In this document: positions 54,210 through 62,800 of the stretch, piece after piece
Layout of the letters: the number at the start of each line of letters is the position of its first letter
Numbering within the stretch: position 1 is the first letter of the stretch
Assembly (NCBI GenBank): GCA_947385425.1
Contig: CANDKY010000004.1
Location: 10,527 to 74,526, forward strand
Length of the DNA stretch: 64,000 nt
Reading direction: 5' to 3'
Origin: an uncultured Lachnospiraceae bacterium
GTDB lineage: Bacteria > Bacillota > Clostridia > Lachnospirales > Lachnospiraceae
Program-made: the position numbers and the translations under genes
The notes under the pieces: model-generated
What the model was told of the DNA's origin: nothing
Databases searched by the model: none
What the model saw: the letters and a program-made list of their open reading frames with translations, nothing else

Positions 54210-56129
54210 ATGGGGAGAGGAGACGGAAAAGGGATTTTGGATACGGCAAGGCGGGCAAAAAAGGGGGAAGGGTTTTCCGGGAGCCGGGGGAAAGGGATGT
54301 GGGTGGCTGCATTTGCGGTGCTTCTTTGCCTGCAGATTATGACTATGGTTTATTTTGGCGGCAGGAAAACAGGCTTCCATGAGGATGAGTATTACTCTTT
54401 CTATTCTACGAACCGGACGGGGGGACTGTATGAACCGGATCGGGAGTGGGTTGACAGGGATACGTTCCGCAATGAGTTTGTTGTTTTGCAGGGGGAAGGG
54501 TTCCGTTACGGCCTGGTTGCCGAGGTACAGTCCTGGGACGTGCATCCTCCGTTTTTCTATTTCCTGTTACATACTGCATGTTCCCTGTTTCCGGGGGTAT
54601 TCAGCAAGTGGCTGGGAATCGGCGTGAATTTGATTGCTTTCTGCCTTAATTTCGGTTTGCTTTCCTGGCTTGGTTATATGGCGGCCGGAGGAAATAAGCG
54701 GCTGGCATGGGTAGTGACGGCGGTCCATGGTTTTAATCCGGTAATTATTTCCGGGGTTATGTTTATACGGATGTATGAGTGGCTGACGGTATTTGTATTG
54801 CTGTGTGCCTGTCTGCACGTATGGGCAGTGAAATCCGGAAGTCTTTTTCCAACCCCTGATTGGCGGAGTGCAGAGAACCCTGCCGGCGGCAGGCGGAACT
54901 CTGGCTGTACCGGACGGAACCCTGCCTTTGGCAGGGGGAATAAAAGGCAAGCCGGGAATAGCGTTTCCAAAAGGTTTCTGCTTGCGCTGATGGCGGTGAA
55001 TTATCTGGGATTTTTGACACAGTACTATTACGTTATTTTTCTTATTTTTATGGCGGCCGGGTTTTGCCTGTGGAATTTGTCGCTTTGCGCGGAGAGGAAG
55101 GCATGCGGCAGAGGATGGGTATTGCACAGGGAGCTGCTGAAAGGGCGTGTTTTGGCATGCGTGAAATATGGATGTGCCTGCGGTGTGTCACTGCTGCTGG
55201 CAGTCGCCAGTTATCCGGCAAGTTTGTCCCATATTTTTCGGGGATACCGGGGGACCGGGGCGGTTTCCGAATTTTTAGACGCGGGGAATACAAGTGAACG
55301 GCTGGGATTTTTTATAGGGTTAATGGATGAATATCTGTTTGACGGGTATCTCTGGCTCTGGCTTGCGGTGATTGTTCTGATGGTGTGTGCGGTTTGGATA
55401 AAGAAAAAGGGGCAGGAGAAGAAAAGGAAAGCGGGAAAGGCATGTTCCCTGCAGGAGGCAGTGATGCCGGAAGGGCCGGGAAGAATGGGCGGGGGGAAGG
55501 ATGCGGCAGTATTTTCTCTCCTTTTATTCGCGGCATGCGGTTATTTTTTTACGGTATCGAAGACGGCGCTTTTGCTGTATGAGACATCGAACCGGTATCA
55601 GCTTCCGGTATATGGAATATTAATATTGCTGGTGATTACGGCGGTGTACGGTTTGTGGAGGCATTTGGTATATTTTTATTGCCAGGGGGACGGAGGTGAG
55701 CGGAAAGCGAAATGGCTGGAGGCGGCAGGGGGATGTTTACTCCTTTTTTTGTTTTTGGTTGGGGATGTGCAGGAGATTAATGCCGGAAAGACGATTTTCC
55801 TGTACGAAGAGGAAGCGGAAAATGTGGAGTATGCAAAAGAGAATGCGGATACGCCCGTGGTTATCCTGTATAATGAAGCAACGCCTTACCATGTGTGGTG
55901 GCGTTCGCAGGAATTGATGGAATATGACAGGGTATATTTTGTCAGTGAGGGAAATAAGGAAGAGATTACGGATGAGATTATATGCGGCAGCGATAAGGTC
56001 ATTGTATATGCGGCGGATTATGATACGCAGGAAGAAAGTCTGGAATTGATTTTGCAGAGTAATCCGGGGCTTAGGGAGTATCGGCTTGTTTCACGGAAAT
56101 CGCTGTGGAGTGTTTATGAGTTTGAGTAG
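54210..56129 (+). CDS. GT-C fold (ArnT/PMT, GT39/GT83-like) polytopic membrane glycosyltransferase
   Basis: There are many TM helices. The first-loop acidic motif 'HEDEYYS' and 'WDVHPPFFYFLLH' are present. The start is ambiguous (54156 GTG, 54210 or 54297 ATG). Confidence 0.7.
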   Translation: MGRGDGKGILDTARRAKKGEGFSGSRGKGMWVAAFAVLLCLQIMTMVYFGGRKTGFHEDEYYSFYSTNRTGGLYEPDREWVDRDTFRNEFVVLQGEGFRYGLVAEVQSWDVHPPFFYFLLHTACSLFPGVFSKWLGIGVNLIAFCLNFGLLSWLGYMAAGGNKRLAWVVTAVHGFNPVIISGVMFIRMYEWLTVFVLLCACLHVWAVKSGSLFPTPDWRSAENPAGGRRNSGCTGRNPAFGRGNKRQAGNSVSKRFLLALMAVNYLGFLTQYYYVIFLIFMAAGFCLWNLSLCAERKACGRGWVLHRELLKGRVLACVKYGCACGVSLLLAVASYPASLSHIFRGYRGTGAVSEFLDAGNTSERLGFFIGLMDEYLFDGYLWLWLAVIVLMVCAVWIKKKGQEKKRKAGKACSLQEAVMPEGPGRMGGGKDAAVFSLLLFAACGYFFTVSKTALLLYETSNRYQLPVYGILILLVITAVYGLWRHLVYFYCQGDGGERKAKWLEAAGGCLLLFLFLVGDVQEINAGKTIFLYEEEAENVEYAKENADTPVVILYNEATPYHVWWRSQELMEYDRVYFVSEGNKEEITDEIICGSDKVIVYAADYDTQEESLELILQSNPGLREYRLVSRKSLWSVYEFE

Positions 56130-56155
56130 GTTTTGGATGGAACGGAGGGAAAGCT

Positions 56156-57193
56156 ATGGATGAAATCAGGCTGGGCACGGTTGGTTCCGGTACTATTGTA
56201 CATTCCATACTGGATAATGTAAAAATCACGGAGGGTATCCGCCTTGCTGCAGTGTATTCCCGCGATGAGGAGAGAGGGAAAATGCTGGCGGCAGAGTATG
56301 GCGCGGAGAAAGCCTATACGGATATGGATGCTTTCCTGGCTGACAGTGATATAAATTTTGTTTATATAGCGACGCCTAATCTGCTGCATTATGAACAGAC
56401 GAAAAAAGCGCTGCAGGCAGGGAAAAACGTAATATGTGAAAAACCTTTCTGTACAAGAGGGGAACAGGCCAGGGAATTGGCAGGTCTTGCAAAAGAAAAG
56501 CATTTATTTCTGGTAGATGCGGTCCCCACAGTGTTCCTTCCCAATTTTGAGATTTTGAAAAAGGAGTTGCCTAAAGTCGGAAGGGTTAAGCTTGTGATGG
56601 CGAATTACAGCCAGTATTCCAGCCGTTATGATTCGGTGCTGAAAGGAGAAGTGCCGAATGTTTTTAATCCTGCGTATGGCGGCGGATGCCTGATGGATAT
56701 TAATTTCTATAATGTTTATTTAAACGTTGCTTTGTTTGGAAAGCCGGAGGAAACCGTATATTACCCGAATATTTACGGCGGCCTGGCAGATACCTCAGGG
56801 GTCCTTGTGATGCGTTACGATGGATTTGTCAGCCAGTCTGCCGGGGCCAAAGATACCTGGGGGGTAAATTATTTCCAGATAGAGGGGGAGCAGGGCTATA
56901 TTTATGTCACGGGCGGCAGCAACGGGATAGCGGAAGTAAGGGTAGTTACGAAAACTTCGGAGGAATGCCTGAATGCGCAGGACAGTCCGGACCGCTGGTT
57001 TTATGAAGTCCAAAATCTTACGAAGCTGGTGCTGGCGGAGGATTATGAAGCGGTTTACAAAGGGCTGGATGTAATGGCGGATGTGATAGATACCCTTGAA
57101 AGGGCAAGGAAAACAGCGGGGATAATATTCCCGGGGGACAGCGGGGATGCGGATAAGAACGGGCCGGTTGCGGGATGGGAGGAAACAGGATGA
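56156..57193 (+). CDS. Gfo/Idh/MocA-family NAD(P)-dependent oxidoreductase
   Basis: 'IRLGTVGSGTI' and 'EKPF' are present. Confidence 0.9.
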   Translation: MDEIRLGTVGSGTIVHSILDNVKITEGIRLAAVYSRDEERGKMLAAEYGAEKAYTDMDAFLADSDINFVYIATPNLLHYEQTKKALQAGKNVICEKPFCTRGEQARELAGLAKEKHLFLVDAVPTVFLPNFEILKKELPKVGRVKLVMANYSQYSSRYDSVLKGEVPNVFNPAYGGGCLMDINFYNVYLNVALFGKPEETVYYPNIYGGLADTSGVLVMRYDGFVSQSAGAKDTWGVNYFQIEGEQGYIYVTGGSNGIAEVRVVTKTSEECLNAQDSPDRWFYEVQNLTKLVLAEDYEAVYKGLDVMADVIDTLERARKTAGIIFPGDSGDADKNGPVAGWEETG

Positions 57194-58530
57194 AGATAGC
57201 CGTATTTTATGAAAATATTCTGGAGGGAATAAACAAAGAGGGATTACAGGAAGAGGAAGTTTTGAGAGAGCTGCATCACCTCGGCATGGAACTGGTTTAT
57301 ATCAGCTATGATAACCTGGAGGCAAAACGGGATATACTTCTTCCGCTGTTTGCGGAAATTGGGCTGAAAGTGGAGGGGCTGCATTGGACCTTTGATTTCG
57401 GCCTGCATCCGGAGAACCAGGGCTATAAAAGGGTAATTGATTTGGCGAAAGAGGCCGGAGCCGGGAATATATTGATTGTCCCGGGAATGATTTCCCGGGA
57501 GCAGCAGGTGAGAAGGGAGCAGTTGCTTCTGAATATGAAAAAGGCGCTGGCGGATGCTGTGAAATACGGGGAGGAAAAGGGGATTGCAGTATCGATGGAG
57601 GATTACGACAGCCTGGAGGCTCCGTATAATTCCCTGGAAGGTTTGAAATGGTTCCTCGATGGGGTGGAGGGCCTGAAATGCAGTTTTGATACGGGAAATT
57701 TTGTTATGTACCATCAGGACGAATGGGAGGCATTCCGGCTGCTGCGCGATAAAATATGTACATTGCATTTAAAGGATCGCTCGGAGACACCGATTAACCT
57801 GGTGGACGGCTCCGTTACCTGTGCGGATGGAAAGGTTATGTATTCCGCGCCGGTCGGCAGCGGATGCATGAAGATTGCGGAAATACTGCAGGAACTGGAT
57901 AGGGATGGTTATACGGGGAATGTGATTGTGGAGCTGTTTGGTTATACACATACTCTCGACGGAATCCGGCAGTCCATCGAGTGGCTGAAACGAAAGTGCT
58001 TTATGATCAGAAAAGCGGCAAAAGAAGATGCATCGAGGCTGGCCGAGATACTTATTTTTGCCAAAAGAGGTGCATACCGTCCGATTTTCAGAAATGACTT
58101 TGTTTCCTTCAATGAGATGTCCGTTCTGGATACTGCCCTGCATTTCAGGGATAATCCGGAGGCACTGGGAGGGATTTACGTCTATGATGACGGAATAGTG
58201 CGGGGAATGATGCATATAGAAGAGTATAGGGCAAACGGGCAGGGAAGGGCTTTTCAGTTAAAAGAACTGTATGTAGATTATTTTTTTCAGAGACAGGGGA
58301 TTGGAAGAAAGCTGATGCGCGGCTTCCTGGACATGGCACGGGAGGGGGATGCCGATTCCGTCTTTTTATGGGTGCTTGAAAAAAATACGGCGGCCATAAA
58401 ATTTTATACAAGTGCGGGGTTCAGGGCGACAGGTGAGCGGCGGCAGGAGCCGGGGACAACGGAATATCTTCTGAAGTATGAAAGGGATTTTGCGGAGGAT
58501 ACGGCGGTTTTCAGGTTATGGAAATCATGA
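57190..58530 (+). CDS. Fusion protein: xylose-isomerase-like TIM barrel (sugar-phosphate isomerase/epimerase) plus C-terminal GNAT acetyltransferase
   Basis: The TIM-barrel part runs to about nt 58000. The GNAT part starts at 'MIRKAAKEDASRLAEI' and carries 'QRQGIGRKLM' and 'AAIKFYTSAGF'. There is no stop between the two and no clear RBS before the internal ATG at 58003. ATGA overlap with the upstream gene. Confidence 0.8.
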   Translation: MKIAVFYENILEGINKEGLQEEEVLRELHHLGMELVYISYDNLEAKRDILLPLFAEIGLKVEGLHWTFDFGLHPENQGYKRVIDLAKEAGAGNILIVPGMISREQQVRREQLLLNMKKALADAVKYGEEKGIAVSMEDYDSLEAPYNSLEGLKWFLDGVEGLKCSFDTGNFVMYHQDEWEAFRLLRDKICTLHLKDRSETPINLVDGSVTCADGKVMYSAPVGSGCMKIAEILQELDRDGYTGNVIVELFGYTHTLDGIRQSIEWLKRKCFMIRKAAKEDASRLAEILIFAKRGAYRPIFRNDFVSFNEMSVLDTALHFRDNPEALGGIYVYDDGIVRGMMHIEEYRANGQGRAFQLKELYVDYFFQRQGIGRKLMRGFLDMAREGDADSVFLWVLEKNTAAIKFYTSAGFRATGERRQEPGTTEYLLKYERDFAEDTAVFRLWKS

Positions 58531-58598
58531 AGACGGAGTTTTTGTTTCCATCTTCATGACTTCCGTTTTCATGGTTTCCGCGGCAAAAGATAAAGATG

Positions 58599-58994
58599 CT
58601 ATTTTACCAGTTTCATATCTACCCTTAATATATGGTTGATCAGCCAGTCAACTAAGAAGTCAAGGATATCTTCCACTGTTTCATTTTGCTGCTCGAAATC
58701 GGACAGGGCATCTAAATCGATTTCGGACAGCTTGCTTTCGAATTGACGGTGCTGGGCGGCATGCTGGGTTATGTAGGGATATTGGATGCTTTTCTGGTAT
58801 TCTTCCTCGTGCGCAAAGTGTGACCTGGTGTAGTTCACTAATTCGGATACAAGTTCGACAATCTGGTCGCTTTTGTCCAGCAGTACACTGTCGTCAAGTA
58901 AATCCTGGGTTTCCTGTGCGAGTTCGAACAGCCTGGCGTGTTCCTGGTCAATAAAATCAATTCCTGTGAGATATTCCGGTTTCATTTCATACAT
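58599..58994 (-). CDS. Bacteriohemerythrin (hemerythrin-like metal-binding protein)
   Basis: 'IDFIDQEHARLF', 'HFAHEEEY' and 'H..FL.DWLINHI' provide the His/Glu/Asp ligand pattern. Confidence 0.9.
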   Translation of the reverse strand: MYEMKPEYLTGIDFIDQEHARLFELAQETQDLLDDSVLLDKSDQIVELVSELVNYTRSHFAHEEEYQKSIQYPYITQHAAQHRQFESKLSEIDLDALSDFEQQNETVEDILDFLVDWLINHILRVDMKLVK

Positions 58995-59079
58995 ACAAAT
59001 CCTCCATTCCGGTTCCTGTTAAAAATGAGCCTAAATCATATGGTTATATTGCCTGACGAAATATTCCGTACCTATATTA

Positions 59080-59280
59080 CTACCTTTTATGTGCAGGATC
59101 AAGGGGGATTTTGCAGCTTATTTGAATGGGTTTTACTAAACAGAAGAGGCACGTTATCGGCAGAGTCCGGGTCGGCTGTGAAGGGCATCCAAGTTTGTAT
59201 TTTAAACTTTGACCGGCACAGCCTAAAATGGCCATCCATGGCCACTTAAATTTTCCGGTAAGGACTAACTCATATTTCAT
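59080..59280 (-). pseudogene. Probable decayed YafQ/RelE-type toxin remnant downstream of the antitoxin
   Basis: ATGA overlap with the antitoxin stop. The first 12 aa, 'MKYELVLTGKFK', are toxin-like, and the frame then degenerates. A 'LLFSKTHSN' stretch resembling the YafQ C-terminus appears in another frame. The total length is too short for a toxin. Confidence 0.4.
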
Positions 59281-59549
59281 AAATCAATGTCCTCCAGCGC
59301 TTCCGCAAAACTGCCGTATCTCTTTGTTTTAGGATCTCTACTGATTTGTTTTGCTTCTTCCATAGCTTCTATCACTTCCTGCTTATATTTAGGAAGTTCT
59401 ACACTGAAAGGAAGTCCGCCACGCATAATTGCCTGTCTTAAAAACATATTTACGGCACTGGACATGTCAATTCCAAGTTGATTAAAAAGCTCCACTGCCT
59501 GTCTTTTTACGTCTTCTTCTATTCGTATTTGAGTTTGTACAGTTGCCAT
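59277..59549 (-). CDS. RelB/DinJ-family type II antitoxin
   Basis: 'IRIEEDVKRQAVELFNQLGIDMSSAVNMFLRQAIMRGGLPF' is a ribbon-helix-helix DinJ signature. Confidence 0.88.
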   Translation of the reverse strand: MATVQTQIRIEEDVKRQAVELFNQLGIDMSSAVNMFLRQAIMRGGLPFSVELPKYKQEVIEAMEEAKQISRDPKTKRYGSFAEALEDIDL

Positions 59550-59686
59550 ATTCTCACCTTCTTTCTCTTATATTGTATATCGGTTTGTTTACAATGTCAA
59601 TCATATGCGTTGATAATATTATTTCGACATATTATAAAACGAAATTTAAAGTACCATTTTTATGCACTGTCATCACAAACGGGAAT

Positions 59687-60124
59687 TTAATCAAATCTGA
59701 TTCTAAATTTACATTCTGCATCTCCAGAAAGAATTGTCTCTACTTGTTCTACATAAAATTTGTTTTCATTCCATACGCTCTCGCCTACATAAATAATGCT
59801 CTGCCTTGAACATTCGCATAAATTAGGAGTATTTACACCACCAGCGGTATGAATATCGCATGCACACTCCGGGAAATAGATAAAGTATTCTTTATCAGGC
59901 ACTACAATCTCACCACGAACATTACCTATTTCTCTTAATCTGCTATAAAACTCATCACGGTCTCCATTTACAGTCTGATACAATTTCAGATACGACTGCA
60001 AAACACCTGTGTCAGCACAATTTCGGGCACAATGTTTTAAAAGACAGCTCCTGCTATCAGTATCTATTTCATCCAGTCCATTTTCAAATCCTTTTAACCA
60101 TTGGCAAAAGAACTTCTTATCCAT
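59687..60124 (-). CDS. Cys-rich hypothetical protein (145 aa), probable metal/cluster binder
   Basis: GGAG RBS upstream. Motifs are 'HCARNC', 'ECACDIH' and 'CECS'. The gene is AT-rich, and I can name no family confidently. Confidence 0.65.
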   Translation of the reverse strand: MDKKFFCQWLKGFENGLDEIDTDSRSCLLKHCARNCADTGVLQSYLKLYQTVNGDRDEFYSRLREIGNVRGEIVVPDKEYFIYFPECACDIHTAGGVNTPNLCECSRQSIIYVGESVWNENKFYVEQVETILSGDAECKFRIRFD

Positions 60125-60368
60125 AACATTTCTCCAATTCTTTATGTAATAAATTCAAAGTTATCTTATGTGTTTCATTTTACGCTATATGGAACAAACA
60201 AACAATACAAAACCATCTTTTTTATTCTGATTGTTCCTGTTTATCCTCAATGCGGCAGCGGAACTTTTAGTTACACTTTGGTTACGCTATGAGGATGATG
60301 TGTCGGAAAGCCCCTTTCTATCAGTATTTTTTTTCCGCTGTTTTTTCCAAACTTATTTGGATAAAGCG

Positions 60369-60397
60369 TTGCGTTACATTTTGCCGCATGCTATAAT
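60369..60397 (+). promoter_or_regulatory. Sigma-70 promoter (TTGCGT-17-TGcTATAAT, extended -10)
   Basis: A perfect TATAAT at 60392-97 is preceded by TGC. The -35 TTGCGT lies 17 nt upstream. The promoter would drive transcription through the repeat leader into the carboxypeptidase gene. Confidence 0.6.
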
Positions 60398-60409
60398 CTT
60401 AGCGTGAAA

Positions 60410-60655
60410 AGAAGCTCTAAGGCGTCAAAGGACGCCGCCTAAGAGCTTCTAGGATTTGCCATGCGTAGCATTGCAAATCCATTTCACGCGGAAAAACGTC
60501 GGGAAAGAGGCGTTTTTCCAGGTTTTTCATGGCAGGGACTGGTTGGGGAAGAGAGGAGGAATGTCGGAAAAGAGACGTTCTTTCGGTTTTTTGTGGCCTT
60601 GGCTGGTTGCCAAAGAGTGGAGGGAGGTCCGGAAAGAGGGAAGTTTCCGGAGAGG
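60410..60655. repeat. Family-1 composite hairpin repeat (long hairpin plus at least 3 tandem 65-72-nt units)
   Basis: Hairpin 60410-60450, GGATTTGCC...TTGCAAATCC at 60452-60480, GGAAAAACG/CGTTTTTCC at 60490-60520, then degenerate units to about 60655. Confidence 0.8.
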
Positions 60656-60700
60656 TGGGAGGATTTGGAGTGCTGCGGGGGCGGCGTTATGGAGGTTGGT

Positions 60701-61954
60701 ATGGAAGAGAATTATGATAAGGACGGCATGCGCAGGGTGCAGTGGGCGCAGCGGAAGGAAAGGATGCAGCGTGAGAAACGCAAGCAGATGATGATCCGGA
60801 GGATATCGAAAGTGGTATTGCCTGTGGCGGCTGTCCTTATTGTTGTATTGATAGTGGTAGGAGTAAAGAGCTGCAGCAGCCGTAAAGACAGGGGAGAAAA
60901 GCCGGCGGCAGGGCGGGATGGTGCGGCGGCAGCGCTTGGGAATGTGGAAGGCACAGGGGACGGGCCAGGCGGGGAGGAAGATGCCGGGGCCGGAACAGGA
61001 CAGACGGGAAATGTGGCAGAGGGAGAGGATATCGGGGCGGACGGAGTTACGTCAGCCGGAACGGAAGGGGAGAACCAGCCCGGGGAAGCGCAGAGTGCAG
61101 GTGATGCGGATGACGGTTTTGTGCCGACGAAACTGGCCGGTGAGTATAAGGTTGCAGATCAGACTGTCCCGGCGGGGGATGATATAGTCAGCAGTTACGC
61201 TATATTTGTCGATATCGATGAGGGGAATATCCTTATGCGGAAGAATGAGACAAGCCGTATGAACCCTGCTTCCATGACAAAGGTATTGACTTTGCTGGTT
61301 GCGGCGGAGCATATTGAAAATTTGGATGATACATTTACGATGACTGGTGAAATTACGGATTATTGTTTTGTAAATGACTGCAGTGTGGCAGGGTTTGAGA
61401 AGGGGGATGTGGTATCGATAAGGGATTTGATGTACGGCACTATTTTGCCTTCCGGTGCGGATGCGGCGCTTGGGCTTGCGGTATATGTAGCCGGTTCACA
61501 GGAGGCTTTTGTCGATATGATGAATGCGAAGCTGAAGGATCTGGGACTGGCGGATACGGCGCATTTTACGAATTGTATGGGAATCTATGATCAAAATCAT
61601 TATTGTACAGTTTATGACATGGCCGTCATAATGGAGAATGCGGTAAATAATGATCTATGCCGTCAGGTAATGTCTTCCCGTACTTATACTACTTCTCCGA
61701 CAAAGCGTTTTCCGGAAGGGATTGAGTTGTCCAACTGGTTTCTGCGTCGCATTGAGGACAAGGATACCGGAGCAAAAGTGGTATGCGGAAAGACCGGTTA
61801 TGTTGTACAGTCAGGAAACTGCGCGGTCAGTTATGGGGTGGACAGTAAGGGGAAAAGATATGTCTGCGCGACTGCCGATGCCACATCAACCTGGCGCTGT
61901 ATCGAGGATCACGCATATATGTATAAGAGACTTTCACCGAATTATGGCGAGTAG
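60701..61954 (+). CDS. D-alanyl-D-alanine carboxypeptidase (S11 serine peptidase / low-MW PBP), membrane anchored
   Basis: GGAGG lies 5 nt upstream of the ATG at 60701. There is a TM anchor, then a G/A/E/D-rich linker, then 'SMTK' (SxxK) and 'SGAD'. The track ORF begins at 60461, inside the repeat. Confidence 0.88.
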   Translation: MEENYDKDGMRRVQWAQRKERMQREKRKQMMIRRISKVVLPVAAVLIVVLIVVGVKSCSSRKDRGEKPAAGRDGAAAALGNVEGTGDGPGGEEDAGAGTGQTGNVAEGEDIGADGVTSAGTEGENQPGEAQSAGDADDGFVPTKLAGEYKVADQTVPAGDDIVSSYAIFVDIDEGNILMRKNETSRMNPASMTKVLTLLVAAEHIENLDDTFTMTGEITDYCFVNDCSVAGFEKGDVVSIRDLMYGTILPSGADAALGLAVYVAGSQEAFVDMMNAKLKDLGLADTAHFTNCMGIYDQNHYCTVYDMAVIMENAVNNDLCRQVMSSRTYTTSPTKRFPEGIELSNWFLRRIEDKDTGAKVVCGKTGYVVQSGNCAVSYGVDSKGKRYVCATADATSTWRCIEDHAYMYKRLSPNYGE

Positions 61955-62065
61955 GGCTCCGTAGGCCCGAAAGAAGCCTGAGTTTGCATCGGCCGGGGAA
62001 AACAGGTTATGTAATCCTGTGCCATACCGGTCAGAAGGGAAAGAAAGGAAAGGTAAGGGAGCAGG

Positions 62066-62800
62066 ATGTATAGATTTGACAGCCGCATACGGTACAGTGA
62101 AGTGGACAGCGATGGCAGGCTGTCTCTGGAATCGCTGCTGGATTATTTTCAGGATTGTTCCACTTTTCAGTCGGAGGATCTTGGGGTTGGTTTAGAATAT
62201 CTGACGGAAAGGAAGATGGCGTGGATATTGTCAGCGTGGCAGATCGTGGTGGAAAGGTATCCGGAAATGGGCGAGAGTGTGTCGATCGGTACAGTGCCTT
62301 ATGAGATAAAGGGGTTTATCGGCTATAGGAATTTTCTGATGGAGACAGGAAGCGGTGAGCGCCTGGCCTGTGCCAATACCGTTTGGACGCTGATGGACAT
62401 GGAAAAAATGAGGCCCGTAAAAGTGACACAGGAAATGCAGGAAGCATATGAACTGGAGGAAAAGCTGGAAATGGACTATGCGCCGCGTAAAATTTCCCTT
62501 CCTGATATGGAAGGCATACGGCGTGAAGCTGTGGAGATTAAACAGCATCATCTGGACACAAACCACCATGTGAATAATGGGCAGTATGTCCGTATTGCCA
62601 TGGAATGCCTGGAGGGGATATCGGGTATCCGGCAGATGCGTGCGGAATATAAGAGGCAGGCGCATCTGGGCGATAATTTGTATCCGTCTGTTTATGCAAA
62701 GGACGGCGTTACGACAGTTTCCCTGGATGGGAAAGAAGGGCAGCCTTTCTGTGTAGTGGAATTTGTGCAGAATGGGGCCGGAAATGGGGGGCAGTTATGA
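62066..62800 (+). CDS. Acyl-ACP thioesterase
   Basis: 'IRYSEVDSDGRLSLESLLDYFQD...AWILSAWQI' and 'HHLDTNHHVNNGQY' indicate a double hot-dog fold. Confidence 0.9.
   Translation: MYRFDSRIRYSEVDSDGRLSLESLLDYFQDCSTFQSEDLGVGLEYLTERKMAWILSAWQIVVERYPEMGESVSIGTVPYEIKGFIGYRNFLMETGSGERLACANTVWTLMDMEKMRPVKVTQEMQEAYELEEKLEMDYAPRKISLPDMEGIRREAVEIKQHHLDTNHHVNNGQYVRIAMECLEGISGIRQMRAEYKRQAHLGDNLYPSVYAKDGVTTVSLDGKEGQPFCVVEFVQNGAGNGGQL

Noticed and set aside
58003-58530. The GNAT domain annotated as a separate gene starting at ATG 58003.
   Set aside because: No stop codon separates it from the TIM-barrel frame and no convincing SD precedes the ATG. It is reported as a fusion with a caveat instead.
60461-60700. 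The N-terminal 80 codons of the track ORF 60461..61954, and the overlapping ORFs 60456..60791 and 60529..60717.
   Set aside because: They run through the family-1 repeat array. The sequence is low-complexity (R/G/E/F-rich) with no RBS. A GGAGG-preceded ATG at 60701 gives a normal TM-anchored S11 peptidase.
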